Positions 8,404-15,599 are shown, counted from the first letter of the stretch. The stretch: 20,000 nucleotides of DNA from an uncultured virus (IMG/VR IMGVR_UViG_3300026198_000007) (IMGVR_UViG_3300026198_000007), one strand, 5' to 3'. The notes: generated by a model from the letters alone, not told the origin. Numbers and translations: made by a program.

Positions 8404-8593
8404 GATAACCTCCATATCTACGTGCTTTTCCAGAGCAAATCGGACCCATCCCATCTTTAACAGATTCGGGATGAGTCAGTTTCCTGCCACAACAAACACA
8501 AGTTGTTATGCCGTCGCCTTTAGGTTTGAAAGCCTTGCAGGCTGGAGTTATTTTGCCATTTTCAATCAAAATCCTTCCCATTCCAACCACCAT
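8381..8593 (-). CDS. DUF6011-like zinc-finger protein (start uncertain)
   Basis: CVCCGRKLTHPESVKDGMGPIC fits the CxxCGRxLTxxxSxxxGxGPxC signature. Confidence 0.75.
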   Translation of the reverse strand: MVVGMGRILIENGKITPACKAFKPKGDGITTCVCCGRKLTHPESVKDGMGPICSGKARRYGGYHETNCKD

Positions 8594-8614
8594 ATACCAG
8601 ACAATCTGACCATC

Positions 8615-8743
8615 TCAGGCCACCTCCTCGACCTTCTTCTCGTCAAACATTTCTTTTTCCCACGCCGTGGTTGCTTCTTCGATGTTCCCCGATCTCATGT
8701 TTTTGCGATAGATCGCGTCTATCGCAGGGTGTAGACCGAACAC
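8615..8743 (-). CDS. 42-aa small protein MFGLHPAIDAIYRKNMRSG...KVEEVA (not in ORF track)
   Basis: GTG immediately after the upstream TAA; its SD GGAGGTG lies in the upstream gene tail. Confidence 0.65.
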   Translation of the reverse strand: MFGLHPAIDAIYRKNMRSGNIEEATTAWEKEMFDEKKVEEVA

Positions 8744-8845
8744 TTAGGCCACCTCCTCCGCGCTGTCCTTGGATTGCTCTCTTGCTTCTCTTCGCTCAAT
8801 ACAGTCCTCCACAAATTGGTCTATAAGATCGCTCATGGCGGTCAT
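8744..8845 (-). CDS. 33-aa small protein MTAMSDLIDQFVEDCIERREAREQSKDSAEEVA (not in ORF track)
   Basis: ATG immediately after the upstream TAG; SD GGAGGTG. Confidence 0.65.
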   Translation of the reverse strand: MTAMSDLIDQFVEDCIERREAREQSKDSAEEVA

Positions 8846-9103
8846 CTAGGCCACCTCCTCTTCATGAATTTCCGAGTTGCCGCAATTGCATTTCACGATT
8901 TCGGCGTAATCGGCACCATAATCTCCACCTAGATCGGTATATCCTGTTTTTCGAAGATCGTCTGCTTTGCGGCCATATAATGCTAATTCGAATGTCCAGA
9001 TTATGTGGTAGATTGCGTCAGCCTTTCTTTCAAATGTTGCGACATGGTCCGGGATGCAGCCGTAGCTCCCGGACATTGCTATGAAGTGCTCTTTTGTTGA
9101 CAT
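8846..9103 (-). CDS. Virus-type hypothetical protein (GSYGCIPD)
   Basis: ORF packed 1 nt after the upstream stop; SD GGAGAG. Confidence 0.75.
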   Translation of the reverse strand: MSTKEHFIAMSGSYGCIPDHVATFERKADAIYHIIWTFELALYGRKADDLRKTGYTDLGGDYGADYAEIVKCNCGNSEIHEEEVA

Positions 9104-9104
9104 T

Positions 9105-9302
9105 TTAAATCTCTCCCAGGTAATCTACGATTTTGTCTAAATATGGCACGGTTCCCCAGAATCCGTAAACCTTGCCCTCATCAGTGGTGAAAAGGCCGCC
9201 ATATTCACCATCCAATGGGAGGCCTAGCTCGGTTAGAATTATGTTTACGTCTTGCGAATCTGTTATAAGCTGGGCTCTATTTGGGATGTCTGAAATTTTC
9301 AT
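9105..9302 (-). CDS. Small hypothetical protein
   Basis: SD GGAG; C-terminus GTVPYLDKIVDYLG shared with 7695..7853. Confidence 0.75.
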   Translation of the reverse strand: MKISDIPNRAQLITDSQDVNIILTELGLPLDGEYGGLFTTDEGKVYGFWGTVPYLDKIVDYLGEI

Positions 9303-9311
9303 GTGAATCTC

Positions 9312-9824
9312 CTACTCCAAACCGGCGAACTTCAATATTTCGAATATCTCTTTGTGGAGTTTTGGTGTCATCTTGATTTCGTGTTTGCCTTTTTCCAGAG
9401 CCGTTTCTGACAATTCGTGGACTGCAAACTGTAGTGCATAATAGGCAGTAGCAATGTCTTTGTCATTTCGCCAATAAAAATTCTTGACTTGTTTCCATTC
9501 GGTTTTATGATCAAATATTTCAAATTTCAGGCATATTCGATCGTTGGATGATTCATCATTTGTGCTCAGGTACATTCTCATACCAATGCTGAAATTTCGG
9601 TCCACTACTTGTCTGGACGGGCCGATATCGAAACAAAACTCTTCTCCACGTTGTTTGATTCCCCCGTTCATCCAATCAATTACTTGCCCCCACGACAAGA
9701 TTTTGTTGACTGGCCCAATATCTGCTTTCTTTCCGAATGCGTATATCAAAGGAAATGCGTGCTCCATTGAGCTGTATAAAAATTCGCATTTCATGAGTTT
9801 CATAGCCTTTTCACGAGAAATCAT
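9312..9824 (-). CDS. Hypothetical protein, 170 aa
   Basis: ATGA overlap with the upstream gene. Confidence 0.8.
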   Translation of the reverse strand: MISREKAMKLMKCEFLYSSMEHAFPLIYAFGKKADIGPVNKILSWGQVIDWMNGGIKQRGEEFCFDIGPSRQVVDRNFSIGMRMYLSTNDESSNDRICLKFEIFDHKTEWKQVKNFYWRNDKDIATAYYALQFAVHELSETALEKGKHEIKMTPKLHKEIFEILKFAGLE

Positions 9825-10042
9825 CGGCTATCAAGTCCTCGTAGATGATTTACAAGCTCATCGAATACCTTGGTTCCGGCCATGGTTTGAAGGACATTGG
9901 CTTCATAATCTTTGATAGGGGTGAAATGCCCGTCATTCATCAGAGCAAATTCCTGAGGGAGCCTGACCTTTTTTATGCCCTGCTTTGTCAGATACTTCTC
10001 AAATCGGTTAAATTTGTAAAGAGGGCCGGCAATCTGTTTCAT
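9821..10042 (-). CDS. Hypothetical protein (MKQIAGPLY...)
   Basis: SD GGAGG before ATG 10042; ATGA overlap. Confidence 0.7.
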   Translation of the reverse strand: MKQIAGPLYKFNRFEKYLTKQGIKKVRLPQEFALMNDGHFTPIKDYEANVLQTMAGTKVFDELVNHLRGLDSR

Positions 10043-10122
10043 AACTCGGCCTCCACGGAGATCCCGATCAGTTCGCCGGACTCTTCGTAATAGGTGATTC
10101 CGTCGCAAGTTGTTGTGGTCAT
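10039..10122 (-). CDS. 27-aa small protein MTTTTCDGITYYEESGELIGISVEAEL (not in ORF track)
   Basis: Starts right after the upstream TAA and ends overlapping the next ATG. Confidence 0.45.
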   Translation of the reverse strand: MTTTTCDGITYYEESGELIGISVEAEL

Positions 10123-10539
10123 TTAGGCCACAACCTTCGCGCTGGGGAATGCTTCAACTATGGCCTCATCATAGGGTCCGGCCCAGAAAGGATTGTTTCC
10201 TGGTAACGGGTTTTGAGGTGCGTTTACGTAGAATCTGAGCTTCTTGGCCTCTTTGAAGGCTCTGAGTTTGGTGAGAATGGCCTCATCAGGCTTGCCGCCT
10301 ACGGTCTGAACCGCAATCATTGCTTTGCCCTTGTGTTCGTAGCGGACGATCAGCAATTTGCTGCTTGTCTTTTCGGCGGTGGGTTTGGGGGTTCTCGCTT
10401 TTTTGGTCTTGGGCTGTGTCTGGATGGGGGCCTGTGTCGCGGTGTTCGCAAATACGAGCATTGAGGTTAAGATGGCCTCATCATCTATTTTTTCGACAGT
10501 TTCAACTACCTTTTTTCTAAGTATGCTTATTTTGCTCAT
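10123..10539 (-). CDS. Basic protein with Lys/Pro/Thr linker; first gene after the structured leader
   Basis: SD AAGGAGTGA; K-rich linker QPKTKKARTPKPTAEK. Confidence 0.85.
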   Translation of the reverse strand: MSKISILRKKVVETVEKIDDEAILTSMLVFANTATQAPIQTQPKTKKARTPKPTAEKTSSKLLIVRYEHKGKAMIAVQTVGGKPDEAILTKLRAFKEAKKLRFYVNAPQNPLPGNNPFWAGPYDEAIVEAFPSAKVVA

Positions 10540-10700
10540 TTGGTATCACTCCTTTATTACTTTCCTGGAGGAATCTGAGTCGATTGCCTCATCAGGGTAA
10601 TTAGGGGTCAGTGGACGATGCACCCAAAGGTTAGGAGGCCAATGGAAAAAGTGTCGCCCACTGTTGACGGGTTGTGAAGGGAGTTCAGCAATCCCGCCAA

Positions 10701-10742
10701 TAGCAGTGTCCGGAATCGAACCGGAATTGTGCCTGCACTGCT
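10701..10742 (-). ncRNA. Mini tRNA-like element no. 1 (acceptor stem + T-arm)
   Basis: Minus strand: AGCAGTG CAGGCACAAT TCCGG TTCGATT CCGGA CACTGCT A. Perfect 7-bp acceptor stem, 5-bp T-stem, 7-nt T-loop; no D or anticodon arm. Confidence 0.8.
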
Positions 10743-11560
10743 TCTTTGCCGGAGCCCTGAGTCTCCCCTAGACACAAGGCTCATCGTCGTTGTCTGTGCG
10801 TTGCCCATATCAGGCCCTTTCGCTGTCGGCTATTTGGGCATATGGGCTAGATCGGAAGTAAGGGCATTTTTGGTCTTTGGCAACTACCCTATGGTTCGAC
10901 CAGATTTTTGGTGAGATGGCGTCTCTTAATCTGGTTTACACTAGCCGCCGCATCCGGGCCAGTCAAATTCCCGGAATCGATCAGTTGAGCCGTATCAGAG
11001 TTTGGTCAGTCGGTTAGGCGAGAGGTTATCTTTTTCGTCGGCATTTGCTAGGGGATAGCAAACCGTGATCATTTTTCCCTCTCTCGGCTCGTCACTCTGG
11101 ACTGATCCATTGCTCCGGCTGACTCTGAAGGGCTGGCCTGATCTTTGAACTTCTGGCTTTTAGGTGGAGCCAATGCCGTTTATCAAGTCTTCAACCTGAT
11201 ATTAAGCCTAATCTACGGAATTGAGACCGATTTGCGATTAGGACGGCTAACCATTGATTAACGTGGATTGATTGCTTTTGGCTTTTCGGGACTTCTGAGA
11301 AAATCGGGAGTAGGTTTGCCATCAAATGCCTGCTCCGTATTCCCTGCCTGGAAATTGCTCTGAATCACCTCGATTGATGCCTATTTGAGTTCATTGAGCC
11401 TATACATTGTGATATTGATTTTGACTAACCCCAAACCGCCCAGCAATGAAGATCTCATTTCCCCAGAGTTTGGAGAGATCGCCGGTTTTGGCCTGCCTGC
11501 TCTATTTGGGATTTTGGTTTTGTGCTCCAGCGGTTGGTTATTCGCCTTCGCCATAACCCA
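10743..11560 (-). ncRNA. Candidate large (~800 nt) structured non-coding RNA
   Basis: No convincing ORF; more than 12 mutually compatible helices, including one pairing the two ends; promoter upstream and mini-tRNA downstream. Confidence 0.6.
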
Positions 11561-11573
11561 TCTTAGGTCTTGA

Positions 11574-11590
11574 GGATATAAGCTTTGCTG
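11574..11590 (-). promoter_or_regulatory. Archaeal BRE + TATA promoter for the leader and gene cassette
   Basis: Minus strand CAGCAAAGC TTATAT CC, about 20-25 nt upstream of the first hairpin. Confidence 0.65.
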
Positions 11591-11628
11591 AACAACTATG
11601 CTCTACTGTGATCGATATGGTGATATCT

Positions 11629-12455
11629 TGTACGTTGATGTACATATTTGTACATTGGAAAGGATGGTTGGGGTGGTCGATTTCCGCGATAATGTCGCTT
11701 GATATCGATTTGATGTGGCGGGATGGCGACGAAAGGCGGGAAAATCGGCAACTGGCGGCTGTATATATCATGTACGCACGCGTATATCTATATATAGGGG
11801 AGATATTGCCGCCTGTTATCGATTATATGGGATATATGCGGTCGATGATGGCTACTGATAGCGATATATGGGATATATGTGAGGTATGTGTGATATATTC
11901 GAAAATTAATAAAAATGAAAAAGATGAAACGAAAATTTTTAAAATTAAATTAATTCAATTTACTATTATAGGACTGATCCTGATATAAAGCGATAAGGGG
12001 AGGGGCCGAACCCCAGTGCACAGAAATGAACATTGGCGGCGAGAAGTCGGCAATGGTGCTTGAAGATATGCATTGGGACCCGGAGATGTGCATTGATGTA
12101 CGAATATGTACATTTTGGCGTTGGCAGTAATATAACCCTAGAAATGCCTCAACCCGCCTACGGAACTATTGACTCACCAATGTACATATCTATCCGTCTA
12201 GGGTTATATGAGCGCCTTGTAGTCCAGATCTGAGGATGGTTGAAGGTCCACATTCCGCCAGGCCCAGCCCAGCCCACATATCAAGCAGCATACCTATATC
12301 AATCTCATATGACTCCTATATCATCACTAGCGATCGAATATGTACATCACCGGGTTGGAATTATCAGGAACGGCCCGATTCAAGCACCAATGCGCAAATA
12401 TGTACATCAGGCCGCATATACCAGCATCCCCCAACCCGCGAGCGCGACAATGTAC
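11629..12455. repeat. Cluster of TGTAC(A) motifs, partly in 10-bp tandem phase, including a 23-bp inverted repeat
   Basis: TGTAC at 11629, 11639, 11649, 11771, 12097, 12107, 12181, 12341, 12401 and 12451; 11636-11658 is the inverse of 12387-12409 (21/23). Confidence 0.75.
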
Positions 12456-12821
12456 CTTTCCAGACATTAAACCCCCCATATTTCCACTAGTGTAAACCCC
12501 AAGACAATAATGCTCACATTAATACAATAACACACAGCAGCGACCGAACTGGTGCGCATTAGCGCACCCTTCCCCTCCCGTGGAGGGGATTGAGGGGAGG
12601 AACCAGAAAGCTCCTACGTCACTTTCCGGTTGGGAAAAAAGATTGTATCAGAATCACATGCACCAACATAACCAAACCACAACCCAACCCTAAACCAAAT
12701 AGCATAGCGCCATGCACCACAACAACCAGAACCCACAACCCACATAATACAATCTAAACCCATCAACACCACTACAAATAATATCTACATAGCCTCGATC
12801 CTATAATAGAAAATTGGATTA
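11951..12821. repeat. 23-bp inverted repeat pair adjoining AT-rich tracts
   Basis: The reverse complement of 11951-11973 TAATTCAATTTACTATTATAGGA matches 12799-12821 TCCTATAATAGAAAATTGGATTA at 21/23. Confidence 0.7.
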
Positions 12822-12883
12822 TTTTCGAAAAATTTCAAAAATTTTAGCAGATATCGATTTTAAAAAATAAATATCCGTTGACA

Positions 12884-13099
12884 TCATATCCACCGTAATC
12901 GATTTCTCACAAATCGCAACCAGTCGCGCACTTTGTTCATTATTCGACGTTCGTTGCCACCATTTCTATACTTCATCCTCAACTCCTCCCAAAACAAATC
13001 AGTCTCGGCAACCTTCTCCTTTCTCCAAGCCAGATACTCTTCCTCTGTCATATCATCAGGTCCAAACACAAGAACCCCATTAATTACCTCTGAAATCAC
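12884..13099 (-). CDS. Small hypothetical protein
   Basis: SD GGAGGT before GTG 13099, which overlaps the upstream stop (GTGA). Confidence 0.65.
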   Translation of the reverse strand: MISEVINGVLVFGPDDMTEEEYLAWRKEKVAETDLFWEELRMKYRNGGNERRIMNKVRDWLRFVRNRLRWI

Positions 13100-13545
13100 G
13101 ACGTGAACCTCCCATCCTTCCATGCCCCAATATACCTCAGATAATCCTCAAGCTCAAGTATGCGCAGGTTAGTCACCTTTGCCAACTTAATAATCACGTC
13201 CTGGTCATCCATTTCCGGCAATTCGCCCGTTGATGTCTCACAATAAATTGTCGGCCCGGCCAAATAAGGATACATCCTACAAATCAGAGGTCTACTCCGA
13301 TATATCCGACATCCATTTTGATAAAACTCACATGGAGCCACATTCCGCAACGTCAACCTCTCATCATCTTTCGGATGCCTCATAAAATGACGTTTAGCCG
13401 CCAGTCTCATCGAAATCCTAAACCTTCTTGCAATCCTCAAAGCATCCCTTGGATATATGTCAACAATTTTCGGTTCCTTGCAACACGTCCCACATCTCTT
13501 GCACTCGAAAAAGATCTGTCTAATAGCGCGCTCTTTCCAATTCAT
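13096..13545 (-). CDS. YkgJ/CxxCxxCC-family putative Fe-S or Zn cluster protein
   Basis: FECKRCGTCC...PCEFY...CRIY..RPLICRMYP; SD GGAGGT. Confidence 0.85.
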   Translation of the reverse strand: MNWKERAIRQIFFECKRCGTCCKEPKIVDIYPRDALRIARRFRISMRLAAKRHFMRHPKDDERLTLRNVAPCEFYQNGCRIYRSRPLICRMYPYLAGPTIYCETSTGELPEMDDQDVIIKLAKVTNLRILELEDYLRYIGAWKDGRFTS

Positions 13546-13706
13546 ACCCCAACCTCCTTTCCACAAAACGGGCAATACGTCAACTCATAATAAGCCATGT
13601 CTCGGCCAATCCACAACCTACCGTTGCGGCTTCTAACAACCAACGCATGAATCGCAGATTTCATAGTTTCACAGCATATGCACATGACCATGCCTGGCAC
13701 TTTCAT
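13542..13706 (-). CDS. 54-aa zinc-ribbon protein MKVPGMVMCICCETM...YCPFCGKEVGV (not in ORF track)
   Basis: ATGA overlaps at both ends; CC and CPFCG motifs. Confidence 0.7.
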   Translation of the reverse strand: MKVPGMVMCICCETMKSAIHALVVRSRNGRLWIGRDMAYYELTYCPFCGKEVGV

Positions 13707-14122
13707 AGTTTAAAAATCATCTCCTCGTCGTCATATTTAGGTTCCTTAATGGCAAAGAAGTCCTGCATGAACGGACTCACCATGGGCTCGGAAAATCCCT
13801 TGCGAACCCTGTCTCGACCGCAAACGACCATGTTTATGATCCAGGTTCCACTGCCCCGTACCCTGCGTTCTTGCCCGCCGACAAGATGAGTTTTAGGCCG
13901 CGTGCATACCTCAATCTTGCCCACAAGGTGCTCCATATAACTCGGCAATTCCCTATTCTCACTGTAGTCCTGTGCTAGTGAGGAGTTGCCGGGAATTTGT
14001 CCCCCATCCACAGTCTTTTGGTCAGTACTACTTTGCAAGTTCGTCATGCTCAACTTCAGCATCGGAAAATCAAATTGAGGAACCTTACCAGAAGGAAGGC
14101 CCATAGACCAGAAATTGTTCAT
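13703..14122 (-). CDS. Hypothetical protein
   Basis: TGATG overlap at 14122 with a GAGGG SD. Confidence 0.65.
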   Translation of the reverse strand: MNNFWSMGLPSGKVPQFDFPMLKLSMTNLQSSTDQKTVDGGQIPGNSSLAQDYSENRELPSYMEHLVGKIEVCTRPKTHLVGGQERRVRGSGTWIINMVVCGRDRVRKGFSEPMVSPFMQDFFAIKEPKYDDEEMIFKL

Positions 14123-14805
14123 CAAATCCCTCCATTCATAGCGCACCAGGCCATCATAAACGGTTGAAAATGACCAGGATGCCCTCTTATGTACATTGGC
14201 TCAACGTTTTCAAAGAGTTTTCCAGCAATGTCTTGCTCATGATCTCGGAGCCATGCGGCTGCCTGTTCAATTTCCTCGCATATATGATCGCATGCACAAG
14301 CATCGCACCTTTTTCTGAACTCTTCTTCAGCGAGATCAATGCCAATCAAAACATAGTCGGCCATGTCTGGATCTGAATAAATCTCGTCAAGCGAATTATT
14401 CGCAGCTTCGAACTCGTTATTGGCAAAGATATCAACTTTCGAGATCGTCGTGACCTCATATGTCAGTCGATAATGTTTAGCCAAAACTCCAAGAGCAACT
14501 TCGCATCGGATAGCCAACGCAAGGTTATCATTCAGGTACTTAAGGAACGCATCGACCAGTCGGCAATACTCTACAAAGGCCTCGGGCGGGCATGGCAACA
14601 AGAAAGGTACTCTGCAATACAGGGATCTCTCATGGCACCCCTCCCAGAAGAAATGGCTTATGTATCCGTCGTAATATAGCATGTACAACTGATCAACAAT
14701 CCCTCTCAAGTATCGAACTATCTCATCGGCGGTGCATACCCTCGGATCGAAATACAGTTCAGGGCTTCCGTTGGCCAGGATATCGGCAACTACTAGGTCA
14801 TTCAT
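14122..14805 (-). CDS. Acidic hypothetical protein with CxxCxCxxxC cluster (ORF extends to 14877)
   Basis: Long ORF; CDACACDHIC; ATG at 14805 minimises overlap with the upstream gene. Confidence 0.75.
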   Translation of the reverse strand: MNDLVVADILANGSPELYFDPRVCTADEIVRYLRGIVDQLYMLYYDGYISHFFWEGCHERSLYCRVPFLLPCPPEAFVEYCRLVDAFLKYLNDNLALAIRCEVALGVLAKHYRLTYEVTTISKVDIFANNEFEAANNSLDEIYSDPDMADYVLIGIDLAEEEFRKRCDACACDHICEEIEQAAAWLRDHEQDIAGKLFENVEPMYIRGHPGHFQPFMMAWCAMNGGI

Positions 14806-15109
14806 GTTTCTCAGCTTCCTTTCTGCAAGCGCATTCATGCATTTCAGCAATGTTTGATGGGTTTCTTTCGCACGCACATTTCCTCATGTTATCAGATATC
14901 CTTGTTATCGATGATTGCGGATCTGTCCTCGGGTCTTCGTACTTGTGAGAATACTTGACATCTGTGACATTGACACTACTAACTGGTGGAAAGTTTAACA
15001 TGTTTTCTACATGTTTTTTTGCTTCTTCTTCACTATCTGCAACTACCTCGTACCCAACAATCTGATCGATTATTGTGACGGTATAATCTACCTTGTATAT
15101 GTTGCTCAT
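14798..15109 (-). CDS. Hypothetical protein with VVADSEEEAK motif and two CAC motifs
   Basis: ORF in the packed array. Confidence 0.7.
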   Translation of the reverse strand: MSNIYKVDYTVTIIDQIVGYEVVADSEEEAKKHVENMLNFPPVSSVNVTDVKYSHKYEDPRTDPQSSITRISDNMRKCACERNPSNIAEMHECACRKEAEKHE

Positions 15110-15182
15110 TGCGTTTTACCTTCATTGAGTCCGTGTTTTCGAATACTTGACGCCTTGCAGCTTACCAGGTATCTCATTTCAG

Positions 15183-15347
15183 TCACCTCATAAAGTCCCA
15201 AATTATTGCCACCAGGTACAGTCCCACCACGCTTATGATAATTGGAACTGCGTAGAAGATATCGCCCGTGGTGACAATACCCAATATCGATATCCCAATG
15301 AATGCCAAAAATAGGATGGCAAATAAGGTCGTTACAAACTTAATCAT
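15183..15347 (-). CDS. Small two-TM membrane protein
   Basis: SD GGAGGTGA before ATG 15347; two hydrophobic segments. Confidence 0.7.
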   Translation of the reverse strand: MIKFVTTLFAILFLAFIGISILGIVTTGDIFYAVPIIISVVGLYLVAIIWDFMR

Positions 15348-15352
15348 CTCGG

Positions 15353-15541
15353 TCACCTCCAAAGTAAATACCAATCAGCAATCAGGGTGACTCCGAAGAC
15401 CAGCCATAGCAGACGAAATGCCATTTGGCTCACTCTCGGACTTAATCTATCTTCGAATGAATACAGCGTCGCAAACCCCATAGCACATAGCTCGATCAAT
15501 ATCACACTTATCAGTATTACGATATCTGGCTGGCAAGTCAT
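15353..15541 (-). CDS. Small two-TM membrane protein
   Basis: Two hydrophobic segments. Confidence 0.65.
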   Translation of the reverse strand: MTCQPDIVILISVILIELCAMGFATLYSFEDRLSPRVSQMAFRLLWLVFGVTLIADWYLLWR

Positions 15542-15599
15542 TTATCCGCCATCCGTTGGTCACGATATTCTTTAAGTAGTCCCCACATCTCACCTTGGT

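Noticed and set aside
8615..8860. CRISPR-like array from the thrice-repeated AGGCCACCTCCTC
   Set aside because: The repeat is only 13 nt with uneven ~100-130 nt spacing, and is explained by SD/stop junctions of short genes.
10560..10600. Minus-strand CTGATGAG...GAAA suggesting a hammerhead ribozyme
   Set aside because: GAAA does not directly follow stem II and no stem III/UH site is evident; it folds better as one interrupted hairpin.
10701..10742. Full tRNA genes or tRNA-derived att sites (also 6463-6504)
   Set aside because: There are no D or anticodon arms. The complementary 5' acceptor strand lies only 10 nt before the T-arm, which an att core copied from a tRNA 3' end would not have. 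No integrase is in the window.
10987..11090. Plus-strand GAGCCGTAT...CGGTTAGGCGAGAGG resembling group II intron domains V/VI
   Set aside because: The DV candidate is ~30 nt with poor pairing and no GNRA loop or AC bulge; there is no bulged branch A or AY end. The promoter and mini-tRNA point to the minus strand.
12002..12014. GGGG TTCGG CCCC (minus strand) as a third mini-tRNA
   Set aside because: The loop is 5 nt rather than a 7-nt T-loop, and there is no acceptor stem.
10608..12490. ORF-track ORFs inside the leader and repeat region (e.g. 10608..10808, 11608..11988, 12236..12490)
   Set aside because: They have no convincing SD or coupling, have atypical composition, and overlap the RNA helices and DNA repeats.
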